Source of the DNA: Nannocystis bainbridge
GTDB taxonomy: Bacteria; Myxococcota_A; Polyangia; Nannocystales; Nannocystaceae
Direction of reading: 5' to 3'
DNA length: 64,000 bases
Assembly: GCF_028368995.1 (NCBI RefSeq)
Contig: NZ_JAQNDL010000003.1
Coordinates: 2,304,001 to 2,368,000, forward strand
Positions 53,300 through 62,676 of this stretch are shown piece after piece. A program made the translations under genes and the position numbers. How positions within the stretch are numbered: position 1 is the stretch's first letter; each line of letters starts with the position of its first letter. The notes under the pieces are model-generated. The model was not told where the DNA came from, did not search any database, and was given only the letters and a program-made list of their open reading frames with translations.

Positions 53300-53382
53300 T
53301 GCACAGGGAGGGACTCGAACCCTCACGCCCGACGGGCCTGGCGCTCTCGAGGCCAGTTGTCTACCAGTTCCAGCACCTGCGC
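53300..53382 (-). tRNA. Leu-bodied tRNA-like gene, nominal anticodon GAG, aberrant loop (possible pseudo-tRNA)
   Basis: GCGCAGG/CCTGTGC-A; TGGCC-TCGAGAG-CGCCA (C31.C39 mismatch, C33). Confidence 0.65.
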
Positions 53383-53433
53383 GTATTCGTGTCACTCGTA
53401 CCCCTCAGGCCGTCCGTGGCCTGATATGGGGGA

Positions 53434-53508
53434 TCGGGGCAGCGGGATTCGAACCCACGACCTTCTGTGCCCAAGACAGACGCTCTGACCAGGCTGAGCT
53501 ACGCCCCG
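53434..53508 (-). tRNA. tRNA-Pro(TGG), no CCA
   Basis: CGGGGCG/TGCCCCG-A; GCTC-AGCCTGGTCA-GAGC; TCTGT-CTTGGGC-ACAGA; GTGGG-TTCGAAT-CCCGC. Confidence 0.92.
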
Positions 53509-53540
53509 AAAGCGTAAATGACGAGACCCCACGCGAGAGA

Positions 53541-53553
53541 CACTGTCACAGTG
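53541..53553. promoter_or_regulatory. Perfect dyad CACTGT-C-ACAGTG upstream of the tRNA array (candidate operator)
   Basis: 32 bp upstream of the tRNA-Pro 5' end. Confidence 0.4.
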
Positions 53554-54082
53554 CCATCGAACATTCGCCCGTCGGGCCGATCCGACGATCGAACCTTCAC
53601 GTGCGCAAGCCGACGCGGACTCGCGGAGGTGCAACGATTCGGATGTCTCCCCGCGCTCGTTGCAGCGCTCGCCTGCACTCCGACCGGAGCGCCCCGTTTA
53701 CCGGGGTAGATACGGCAGCAGGCGTAGATACGGCCGCGGGTCCAACAGCTCGGGGAGCAGCAAGAGCCCCGCCATAAGCGGCTGGCCCTGGAGCTTCGTC
53801 CCGATGATGTGCTGATGGTTCGCCACGACGTTCACCCTGACTCGGTCCGGGGTATGTACAGCAGGCCGATTCGCCGGTCAAGTCCCTCGCACGATTTTTC
53901 CGCGGGCCGCCGGCAGTGCCCACATTCGCCGCGCGCCCGCGTCACGCTCCGCGAATCCGCGCACCACACTCCTGCCATTGCCGCGCCGCGCCGCTCGTCC
54001 CCCGCCCGGCGGACCCCCGCGGCCGGCGCCGCTCGCCGCCGCCCTCGCGTCCGCGCGCCGCTCGTGTATCCTGGCGCCCGCC

Positions 54083-54730
54083 GTGTCCCCGACCTCGCCG
54101 ACCTCCTCGGTCCTGCGCCCACGCCTGCGCGGCGTCGCCGACATCTACGTCGCCTCCGTCGCGGTCCCGGCAGTGGTCGCCCTGGTCCTCTATGCCCGCG
54201 ACGGCGCCGCCACCCTCTCGGCCCTGGTCTACGGCACGTCCCTGGTGGTCCTGCTGGTCGGCAGCGCGGTCTACCACCTGCCCGGCTGGCCGCTGCGCAC
54301 CGCCCTGTGGCTGCGCAAGCTCGACCACGCCAACATCTACCTGCTGATCGCCGGCACCGCGACCCCGCTGGCCCTGGCCCTCGACAGCTCCGCCAGCGTG
54401 TGGCTGCTGTCGGCCATGTGGCTCGCCGCCGGCCTGGGGGTGGTCAAGACCTTCGCCTGGCCCCGAGCCCCGCGCAAGCTCAGCGCCGCGCTCTACGTGC
54501 TCATGGGCTGCTTCACGCTGCCCACCGCGCCAGCCCTCCGCAGCGCCGCCGACGAGGTGTTCCTGCTGTTCGCCACGGGCGGGTTGCTCTATTTCTGCGG
54601 CGCGGTGATCTACGCCCTCCGCTGGCCCAACCCGGTCCCGCTGGTGTTCGGCTACCACGAGCTCTTTCACGTGTTCGTCTTCAGCGCCGCCCTGGTCCAT
54701 TACCTGGCGATCTGGGTCCTCGTGACCTGA
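54083..54730 (+). CDS. Hemolysin III / PAQR family membrane protein
   Basis: RPRLRG, SAVYH, LRKLDHANIYLLIAGT.TP, FGYHELFHVFV. Confidence 0.92.
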   Translation: MSPTSPTSSVLRPRLRGVADIYVASVAVPAVVALVLYARDGAATLSALVYGTSLVVLLVGSAVYHLPGWPLRTALWLRKLDHANIYLLIAGTATPLALALDSSASVWLLSAMWLAAGLGVVKTFAWPRAPRKLSAALYVLMGCFTLPTAPALRSAADEVFLLFATGGLLYFCGAVIYALRWPNPVPLVFGYHELFHVFVFSAALVHYLAIWVLVT

Positions 54731-54876
54731 AGCGATCTGCGCCCACCGCTGGGCCCGCTGGCCCACACGCCGCGGCGCTCGCACCAATTCGCGCGCCTCA
54801 TGGTCCGCCGGACCCGGGTCTGTGATCGATCGAGCAGGCAGTATTCTCCCCAAAGCCTGAACAGTCTCTACGCCGC

Positions 54877-57639
54877 TTGACTACGGTGGAGGATCGGGCC
54901 CTCTTAGCAAAGCGCCTCGTGTCGAAGTCGCATCCAGCCCCGCATGCGCCCGATGGCAGCGGTCCCGGCCCCGTCGGCGGCCAGGGCAGGGCGGCCGCGT
55001 CGACCCGCAAGACCCCCGTCTCTCCGACCTCGCCGGACCCGGTCACGCTCGAGCCCGGCCGCGAGATCGGTCGCTTCACCGTGCTCTCGTACCTCGGCGC
55101 CGGCGCCATGGGCATCGTCTACGCCGCCTACGACCCCGAGCTCGACCGCAAGGTCGCGCTCAAGGCCCTGCGCCCGCAGGGCCGCCCCGAGAGCCACGGC
55201 CGCGTGCGCCTCCACGACGAGGCCCAGGCGATGGCCAAGGTCTCGCACCCCAACGTCGCCGTCGTCCACGAGGTCGGCCTCCACGACGACGGCATCTTCA
55301 TCGCCATGGAGTTCGTCCACGGCGAGACGCTCCAGGCCTGGCTCGAGAAGCAGCCGCGCCCGTGGCCCGAGGTGCTCGACGCGTTCATCCAGGCCGGCCG
55401 CGGCCTCGCTGCGGCCCACGCCGCCGGCCTGGTCCACCGCGACTTCAAGCCCAACAACGCCATGATCGGCGACGACGGCCGGGTCCGCGTCCTCGACTTC
55501 GGCCTGTCGTGCACCCCTGAAAAGGCCCGCCGCGAGATCGTCGGTACGCCGGCCTACATGCCCCCGGAGCAGTTCCTCGGCCTCCCGGTCGGCCCCGCCT
55601 CCGACCAGTTCAGCTTCTGCGCCTCGCTGTACCAGGGCCTGTTCGGCCAGCTGCCGTTCCCCGGCGACAGCGCCGAGGAGCTGCGCGTCACCATCACCGG
55701 CGGCCAGGTCCGCGCGCCGCCACGGCACGTCCGCGTGCCCTCGTGGCTCAGCTCCGCGATCCTGCGCGGGCTCCGACAGAACCCCGAGGACAGGTTCGCC
55801 AGCATGGAGGAGCTGCTGCGCAACCTCGACCACCACCGCAGCCGCGGCCGTCGCACGCTGCTCGGGGCGGTCGCCGCGGCGGCGCTCCTCGGTCTCGGCG
55901 GCGGCTACCTCGGCGCGCGCCCGCTGGCGGTCGAAACCTGCAGCGACGGCGCCGCGCAGATCGATCCGGTGTGGCACCGCGACGCGCAGGCGGCGATCGA
56001 GCGCACCTTCGCCAAGTTGCCGCCCGCGTTCGCCACCGAGTTCTGGCCGCAGGTCCGCGCCAAGCTGGGCGCCTGGACCCTCGACTGGAAGACCCATTAC
56101 CGGGCCGCCTGCGAGGCCCGCGAGCGCCACGAGTTCTCCGAGGAGCTGGCGCTGCGCAGCTCGGCCTGCTTCGAGCGGGCCCGCGCCGCGCTGGCCTCGG
56201 CCGTCGTCGTCCTGCGCAAGGCCGACGCCGGCGTGGCCTTGCACGCGCTCGAGGTCGCGACCTCTTTGCCCGACCCCGCCGAGTGTCGCAGCAGCGCCAG
56301 CCTCGTCGCGCACACCCGGGCCTCGCGCGACATCGGCACCACCCTGCGTCGCCGCAAGGTCATGGCCGAGCTCGAGGACGTCAAGATCCACGCCCGGGCC
56401 GGACGGATCCGGACCTCCCGCCAGCTCGCCGAGTGGACCCTGCGCGAGGCCCACGCGCTCGGCGACCGGGCCACCCTGGCCGAGGCGCTGCTCCTGCGCG
56501 GCCGCCTCGACATCGAGATCGACCCGACCCGCGCCGAACCATTCCTCACTCGCGCCTATCTCGTGGCCCTCGGCGCCGGCGAGGACAACCGCGTGGTCGA
56601 GGCGCTCGCGCTGCGCCTCTACGCCCGCAGCCACGCCCCGCACGGCCTGCCGCGCGCCTTCGAGGACCTCGAGGTCGTCACCGCCTTGTTGCCCCGGATC
56701 GGCAACCCGCCGAGCCTGCAGGCGCTCGCCTTCAACAACGCCGGCTCGCTGTACCTCACCGCTGGCGACGGCGCCAAGGGCGAGCCGTACCTGCGCGAGT
56801 CCTTGCGCCTGCGCCGGGCCGCCAGCGAGGACGACGTCGAGGTCGCCAAGACGCTCGGCAACCTGGCCCTGCTGGCGCGAGATCCCGCCCGCACCCGCGA
56901 GCTCGTCGGCGAGTCGCTGACGATCCTCGAGAACAACCTCGGCCTCGCCCACCCCGAGGCCATGGCGGTGCGGATCCTCGCCGGCGCCCTCGCCGAAGAT
57001 CCCCAGGAGGCCGTGCAGCTGCTCGAGCGCGGCTGCGACGCCCTCGACTTGTACCGCCCCGACGATTCGCGCGCCCGCGCCGAATGTCTACAGCACCTGG
57101 CCGCGCACGCGCGCGACGCCGGCGAGCCGGCGATCGCCGACGACGCGATCGTGCGCGCGCGCGCGCTGATCGAGCGAATGGCGGATACGGAGCCCGATTC
57201 ACCGTTCCGCTTCGACAACGCCCTGATCCGCGGCTACGCCGGCCTGGTCGACGGCGCCCACGCTGACGCCCTGATCTACCTCGGGCGCACGCTCGACGAG
57301 CTGCGCGGCGGCGAATGGTGGCAGCGGCGAAAGGTCGCCGAGATCGAGCTGTGCATCGGCCTGCACCTGCTCGCCGACGGCGACATCCCGGGGGCCCGGC
57401 GCGCGCTCGCGGCCAGCGTCGCCATCTTCGAGCAGGTCGCGGCCAAGGCCCACGACAACGTCCTGCCGCGGACCCTCGCCGGCGCCCGGCTGGCCTACGC
57501 CGACGCCCTGCGCGCCAGCTTCGACCCGGAGGCCGCCGCGCACGAGCTCGCTGTCGCCGAATCATGGTACCGCGAATCCGCGGGCGATTTCGCATGGCGC
57601 CTGCCGACAATCGCCCAACGCCGTCAGCGACTGGAGTAA
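54877..57639 (+). CDS. Transmembrane Ser/Thr protein kinase with C-terminal TPR-like domain
   Basis: LGAGAMG, VALK, HRDFKPNN, DFGL, GTPAYMPPE, SDQFSFC; TM; NNAG/TLGNLA TPRs; start uncertain. Confidence 0.93.
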   Translation: MTTVEDRALLAKRLVSKSHPAPHAPDGSGPGPVGGQGRAAASTRKTPVSPTSPDPVTLEPGREIGRFTVLSYLGAGAMGIVYAAYDPELDRKVALKALRPQGRPESHGRVRLHDEAQAMAKVSHPNVAVVHEVGLHDDGIFIAMEFVHGETLQAWLEKQPRPWPEVLDAFIQAGRGLAAAHAAGLVHRDFKPNNAMIGDDGRVRVLDFGLSCTPEKARREIVGTPAYMPPEQFLGLPVGPASDQFSFCASLYQGLFGQLPFPGDSAEELRVTITGGQVRAPPRHVRVPSWLSSAILRGLRQNPEDRFASMEELLRNLDHHRSRGRRTLLGAVAAAALLGLGGGYLGARPLAVETCSDGAAQIDPVWHRDAQAAIERTFAKLPPAFATEFWPQVRAKLGAWTLDWKTHYRAACEARERHEFSEELALRSSACFERARAALASAVVVLRKADAGVALHALEVATSLPDPAECRSSASLVAHTRASRDIGTTLRRRKVMAELEDVKIHARAGRIRTSRQLAEWTLREAHALGDRATLAEALLLRGRLDIEIDPTRAEPFLTRAYLVALGAGEDNRVVEALALRLYARSHAPHGLPRAFEDLEVVTALLPRIGNPPSLQALAFNNAGSLYLTAGDGAKGEPYLRESLRLRRAASEDDVEVAKTLGNLALLARDPARTRELVGESLTILENNLGLAHPEAMAVRILAGALAEDPQEAVQLLERGCDALDLYRPDDSRARAECLQHLAAHARDAGEPAIADDAIVRARALIERMADTEPDSPFRFDNALIRGYAGLVDGAHADALIYLGRTLDELRGGEWWQRRKVAEIELCIGLHLLADGDIPGARRALAASVAIFEQVAAKAHDNVLPRTLAGARLAYADALRASFDPEAAAHELAVAESWYRESAGDFAWRLPTIAQRRQRLE

Positions 57640-57771
57640 ACAGATCGCGGCATCTTCGCACTCGCGAGTGCGAGGCCTGCGCGCCCCCGTTCTCGTCGAA
57701 TACGATTCAACAATCGCCGTCGTTCCTCCCTCTTGGGTTGCACATCACACAATCCCGGGACCGGAGGCTAT

Positions 57772-58734
57772 ATGCGACACTGGCGAATCTGCGCAGCTAT
57801 CATGGTTTCGTCTCCTCTCTTCGCGGGGTGTGACGACCCCGAGATCGAGGACACCCGACTCCGCCCCTACAATTGCCCCACATGGCAATGTGGATTTAAC
57901 GCCGCCGACCTCAATGGTCGCTCGATCCGCGAGCTCAACCTCGACGGCGAGCCCAACAGCGACGGCGTGCGCATCGTCGGCTTTGTCGCGCCGCTGGGCC
58001 TGCTGGGCGGCTACAAGCTCGACACCGACGGTGACGCGCTGATCGCCCGAAACGCCCAGGGCAAGACGCTCAAGGGCGCGCAGCTGTTCGGCGCAATCAT
58101 CTTCGTCCGCAAGGACGGCCCGCTCGAGCTGCCGATCCCGCTGACGGTGCTCGGTTATCAGGAGGTCGACGCCTGGGCCGACGGCGCGGCCAAGGTCCCG
58201 ACGTACACCATCGTGTACCCCGACGTCGGCGCGCTGCTGGGAGTGCGCAATGTTTGCAGCGGCGACCTGGTCGACGCCCTCGCCAGCGCGGTCACGGTCA
58301 TCTCCGACGAGACCTATGATTTGACGCAAAAAACCGTCAATCCCGGGCAGCGGCGCTGGCTCACCCTCGCGTGCGCGGGCTCGGCCGCCGCCAAGATGCG
58401 GCTGATGAACTACAGCCCGCACACCGACTTCGACGGCCAGGGCCACGCCTCGAGCGTGGCGCAGCGCCAGGCGACCCTCAAGATGATCACCGCCGACTAC
58501 TGCGGCACCGGGCACAGCTATACCGCCAACGGCACGCCGCTGCAGTGGGAGAACCAGGACGGCACCGTCGCCTCGCCTGGCCCCTACGGCGCCGTCGAGG
58601 CGATCTGGACCGCCTCCGGGGCGGCGTGTCTCGACGCCACGCGCCTCCCCGACGTCGAGGTCCCGTGTGCCCTGCCCTCGTGCTCCGAGTACGACGGCCC
58701 GGCCGGCGAGTGGTCGACCTTCGTGCCCGACTGA
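57772..58734 (+). CDS. ADYC-domain lipoprotein, paralog 1
   Basis: LFAGC lipobox; CPTWQCGFN; LACAGSAAAKM; RQATLKMITADYCGTG.SYT.NGT. Confidence 0.85.
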   Translation: MRHWRICAAIMVSSPLFAGCDDPEIEDTRLRPYNCPTWQCGFNAADLNGRSIRELNLDGEPNSDGVRIVGFVAPLGLLGGYKLDTDGDALIARNAQGKTLKGAQLFGAIIFVRKDGPLELPIPLTVLGYQEVDAWADGAAKVPTYTIVYPDVGALLGVRNVCSGDLVDALASAVTVISDETYDLTQKTVNPGQRRWLTLACAGSAAAKMRLMNYSPHTDFDGQGHASSVAQRQATLKMITADYCGTGHSYTANGTPLQWENQDGTVASPGPYGAVEAIWTASGAACLDATRLPDVEVPCALPSCSEYDGPAGEWSTFVPD

Positions 58735-58897
58735 CGTCTCTTGCGCGCACGCTCGCAGCCGGCACCCCACAATCGACCGGGCCCGGCGGCGGCTTCGCAC
58801 CTCGACGCACGTCTCGCGGGCCGCCGCGGCGCCCGCCACAGACACCCCCCGTGGCCGCCGTTCGCCCGCATCCTCCGGCGGGCCTCACAGTGGGAGC

Positions 58898-59902
58898 ATG
58901 ACATCAGCGACCATCCCGCTCCGGCGGTTATGCGGTGGCGTCGGCGCGATCGCGGCGCTCGTCGCCGGCTGCGTCGAACCCGGGCTCGAGGCTGACATCG
59001 ACGCCGACATCGACGCCGACATCGAGGCGCGCCCGTATCATTGCCCTGTCTGGCAGTGCGGCTTCAACTCGGCCGAGGTCAACGGCCGATCGATCCGCGA
59101 GCTCAACCTCGACGGCCTCGCCAACGCCGACGGCGTGCGCATGATCGGCTTTATCGCCCCCGCCGGCCTCTTCGGCAATTACAGGCTCGATTTCGCCGGC
59201 GACGAATTGATCGCCCGCAACGCCGGCGGCAAGGTCCTGCGCGGTAATCAGTTGGTCGGCGCGACGATCCTCGTCAAGAAGCCGGGCCTCCTGTCCTTGC
59301 CGCTGCCGATCACCATCATCGACTATCAGGAGATCGACGGCTGGGCCGCGGGCGCCGGCAAGGTCCCGGCCTACGCGATGCTCTACCTCGACCTCGAGTC
59401 GCTGCTCGGCGTGCGCAACGTGTGCAACGGCGACCTGCTCGACGTCCTCACCACCGCGGCCACCGTGCTCGGCGGCGAGACCTACGACCTCGACGCCAAG
59501 ACCGTCGAGCCCGGGCGCGACCGGTGGTTGACGATCGCCTGCGCCGGCTCGGCCGCGGCCAAGATGCGGCTGATGAACTACGGCCCGCACGGCGACTTCG
59601 ACGGCGACGGCCACCCTGCCAGCGTCGCCCAGCGCCAGGCCACCCTCAAGATGATCACCGCCGACTATTGCGGCCACGGCGACAGCTATACCGGCAACCA
59701 TATTCCGCTGCAGTGGGAGAACAGCGGCGGCACCGTCGTCTCGCCCGGCCCGTGGGGCCTCCCCGAGGCGATCTGGGGCCCTGGCGGCGCGCTCTGCCTC
59801 GACGCCACCCGGCTCGACGACGCCGACGTCGCCTGCCCCCTCCCGGCCTGCGACGCCTTCACGCTCGACGACGGCGAGTGGGCGACCTTCGTCCCCGACT
59901 GA
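58898..59902 (+). CDS. ADYC-domain lipoprotein, paralog 2
   Basis: LVAGC; CPVWQCGFN; RQATLKMITADYCG. Confidence 0.85.
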   Translation: MTSATIPLRRLCGGVGAIAALVAGCVEPGLEADIDADIDADIEARPYHCPVWQCGFNSAEVNGRSIRELNLDGLANADGVRMIGFIAPAGLFGNYRLDFAGDELIARNAGGKVLRGNQLVGATILVKKPGLLSLPLPITIIDYQEIDGWAAGAGKVPAYAMLYLDLESLLGVRNVCNGDLLDVLTTAATVLGGETYDLDAKTVEPGRDRWLTIACAGSAAAKMRLMNYGPHGDFDGDGHPASVAQRQATLKMITADYCGHGDSYTGNHIPLQWENSGGTVVSPGPWGLPEAIWGPGGALCLDATRLDDADVACPLPACDAFTLDDGEWATFVPD

Positions 59903-60132
59903 CGCACCGATCGCCCGGGTCCGCCCAAAGATCTCGCCAGCGGGCGAGCGGAGGGCAATGTCATGACATGTCCTTTACGCCATGTCTTGGACACGGAGCC
60001 GCCCGCGCACGCTCGCCTGCGATCGCGCCGCGCGGACCGCCCGCCGGCCGCGGGCGGGCTGGACGGCGCGCAGGCGCATCTGCGATCCGGGCCACATGGC
60101 ACCGCGGCGCGAATGCGGCCACCCCTCCGGCC

Positions 60133-60798
60133 ATGCACCACCGCAAACCTTCTCCGATCGCGCTGACGCTCGTGCTCGCCGCCGCCGCCTGCTCGCGCAC
60201 GAACCCGGACACGAGCCCCCCGACCCCGATCTCGTCCGACCTGCCCGCCACCAACACCCGGACCGACGACCCGGCGGCGGTCGCCGTCGCGGCGATGCCG
60301 GAGGACGCCAAGGTCAAGGCGCCGCCCGAGTACATGACCAACGACGACGAGATCTTCGGCGTCCTCAGCATCATGAGCGAGGAGGAGATGAAGATGGCCG
60401 AGTACGCCAAGAAGTGGGCCAAGGGCACCCGCGTCAAGGAGTTCGCGGCGCTGATGATCAGCGACCACGGGGCCATGAAGGCGCGCGAGGAGGAGACCCG
60501 CGACCGCCTCGGCCTGCGCAAGACCGACAGCCGGCTGCGCGACGACATCAAGAACGACGCCAAGCAGAAGATGGAGGTCCTGGAGAAGGTCGGCAAGGGC
60601 GACGACTTCGACAAGACCTACGTCGACATGCAGGTCGACACCCACGCGATGTGGATCAACTTCATCGACACCAAGCTGCTGCCGCACGCCCAGATGCCGG
60701 ACCTTCGGGTCGAGCTGAACAACTTCCGCGCCACCCTCGAACGCCACTACGACACCGCCAAGCAGCTCCAGGCCAGCCTCACCGCGCCCAAGAGCTGA
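60133..60798 (+). CDS. DUF4142-family lipoprotein
   Basis: AAAAC lipobox; VKEFAALMISDH; FDKTYVDMQVDTH; LERH..AKQL. Confidence 0.85.
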   Translation: MHHRKPSPIALTLVLAAAACSRTNPDTSPPTPISSDLPATNTRTDDPAAVAVAAMPEDAKVKAPPEYMTNDDEIFGVLSIMSEEEMKMAEYAKKWAKGTRVKEFAALMISDHGAMKAREEETRDRLGLRKTDSRLRDDIKNDAKQKMEVLEKVGKGDDFDKTYVDMQVDTHAMWINFIDTKLLPHAQMPDLRVELNNFRATLERHYDTAKQLQASLTAPKS

Positions 60799-60874
60799 CG
60801 CCCCGGCAGGCGAGCCGCCGCCGCCGCCGCCGCGGTTTGCTCGCCGGCGCGCCGGCGTGGCATCATGGCGAGGC

Positions 60875-61444
60875 ATGCAAGCCGTCCGCGACATCGAGGT
60901 CCCCGTGGTCCCGGCCTCCCGAGAGGCCGTGGCCGACTATGGCCTCTACATCGGCACCGAGGTCCCCCAGGCCGGCCTCGGCATCCCCTTCTACAAGGGG
61001 GCCGTCGAAGAGGGCCATAACTTCGCCTTCAAGTGCAACGGCCGCTGCGTCATCCGCTCGGCCCGCATCCACCGCCGCCAGCCCGAGATCACCTGGCTCG
61101 AGCGGCACATGAACATGACCCAGCTGTTCGTCGGCCTCGGCGACCAGCCGTTCGCCATGGTCCTCGGCAAGCCGACCCACCAGCGCGGCATGGACACCCC
61201 CGACCTCGACGACGTGCGCTGCTTCGTCCTCCCGCCAGGCAGCGGCGTCATGATCCACGAGGGCACCTGGCACGACTTCCCGCTCGCCGTCGAAGGCCCC
61301 GTCACCGTGCTCACCGCCAACTCCGAAGAGGTCGTCGAGGCGCTCGCCAGCATGCGCGAGCCGGCCGAGATGGCCCACGGCGACGTGTTCAAGCTCGACA
61401 TCCGCAAGCGCCTCGGCGCCCAGCTGCGCGCGGTGCTGTTCTGA
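60875..61444 (+). CDS. Ureidoglycolate lyase (AllA)-like cupin
   Basis: WLERHMNMTQLF, GVMIHEGTWH.FP. Confidence 0.75.
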   Translation: MQAVRDIEVPVVPASREAVADYGLYIGTEVPQAGLGIPFYKGAVEEGHNFAFKCNGRCVIRSARIHRRQPEITWLERHMNMTQLFVGLGDQPFAMVLGKPTHQRGMDTPDLDDVRCFVLPPGSGVMIHEGTWHDFPLAVEGPVTVLTANSEEVVEALASMREPAEMAHGDVFKLDIRKRLGAQLRAVLF

Positions 61445-62538
61445 TGCGCGTCGACGCCTTCAAGCTGCCCACCGACGGCCCCGCCGACGTGCGCGGGCTG
61501 CAGGCCCTGCTCGACGACGGGGTCGTGCGCGCCGACCGGCTGGTGTGCGTGCTCGGCAAGACCGAGGGCAACGGCGGCCGCAACGACTTCACCCGCGACC
61601 TCGCCATGCGCGCGCTCGAGGACCTGCTGGCCCCGCGCCTCGGCCTGCCGCCGGCGCGCGTGCAGGACCGCGTGGTGTTCTCGCTGTCGGGCGGGACCGA
61701 GGGGCTCGTCTCGCCGCACGTGGTGGTGTTCGCCCGCTCCGGCACCTGGTCCAAAGAACCTGGCCCGAAGCGCATGGTCGTCGGGACAGCTCACACGCGG
61801 CCGTTCACGCCGGCGGAGATCGGGCGCACGCCGCAGATCGAGGAGACCGCGCGCGCGGTGGCCGAGCTGGCGAGCGAGCTGCGCCTGGCGCCGGCCGACG
61901 TCCACCTCGTGCAGATGAAGGGCGCGATCCCGAAGGCCGACCACGAGGCCACGCTGGCCGCCCGCCGCGCCGGCGCCCCGCTGCGCAACGACATGGTCCA
62001 CTCGCGGGCCGCCAGCGCCCTCGGCGTGGCCCTCGCCCTCGGCGAGGTCACCCGCGCCGACCTCTCCGACGACGTCGTCTGCGACGACTGGTCGCTCTAC
62101 TCCGGCGTCGCCTCGTGCTCGGCCAAGCCCGGCCTACAGCGCACCGAGATCCTCATGTTCGGCAACAGCGACCGCGCGAGCGGCGACCTGGTCGTCGGTC
62201 ACACTGTCCTCAAGGACATCCTCGACGTCGACGCCGTGCGCGCCCTGCTCGCCGAGCTCGGCCTGCCCGTGGCCGGCGGCCAGCTAACCCCCGAGCAGCG
62301 CGCCCGCGTCGTCGGCGTGTTCGCCAAGAGCGAGGCCGACCCCCGCGGATCGATCCGCGGCCGCCGCCACACCATGCTGTCCGACGACGACATCGACGAC
62401 ACCCGCCACTCCCGCGCCGCCCTCGCAGCCGTGCTCGCCAGCGTCGTCGGCGACCCCTGCATCTACGTCAGCACCCGCGCCGAACACCACGGCCCCCTCG
62501 GCGGCGGCCCGCTGGCGATCATCGCCCGCGCCCCGTGA
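61444..62538 (+). CDS. Ring-opening amidohydrolase (cyanuric acid hydrolase / barbiturase family)
   Basis: GKTEGNG..NDFTR, SGGTEG.VSPH, VQMK, SRAASALG, ASCSA, RRHTML.D, AEHHGP.GGGP; TGATG coupling. Confidence 0.92.
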   Translation: MRVDAFKLPTDGPADVRGLQALLDDGVVRADRLVCVLGKTEGNGGRNDFTRDLAMRALEDLLAPRLGLPPARVQDRVVFSLSGGTEGLVSPHVVVFARSGTWSKEPGPKRMVVGTAHTRPFTPAEIGRTPQIEETARAVAELASELRLAPADVHLVQMKGAIPKADHEATLAARRAGAPLRNDMVHSRAASALGVALALGEVTRADLSDDVVCDDWSLYSGVASCSAKPGLQRTEILMFGNSDRASGDLVVGHTVLKDILDVDAVRALLAELGLPVAGGQLTPEQRARVVGVFAKSEADPRGSIRGRRHTMLSDDDIDDTRHSRAALAAVLASVVGDPCIYVSTRAEHHGPLGGGPLAIIARAP

Positions 62539-62604
62539 GCTCGGCGCGCCGACTCACCCGCGCCGCGGAAGCGCCGGACCGGCGGCGACGGCAGTCCTCA
62601 GGGA

Positions 62605-62664
62605 CATGCCCGACAGAACATGCCCGACAGGACATGACCGATCGAGCATGCCCGATCGGTCATG
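62605..62664. repeat. Array of CATG-core palindromes with 14-bp period
   Basis: CATG at 62605, 62619, 62633, 62647, 62661, between convergent genes. Confidence 0.9.
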
Positions 62665-62676
62665 TCCTTCGCGCCA

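Noticed and set aside
52727-53382. CRISPR-like array (recurring GAGGGACTCGAACCCTCACGCCC with variable intervals)
   Set aside because: The repeats are T-arms of complete tRNA cloverleaves on the minus strand; no cas genes are present.
53540-53556. Sigma-54 promoter for the tRNA array (TGGCAC on the minus strand)
   Set aside because: The -12 TTGC element is missing at the required spacing (reads CAGT).
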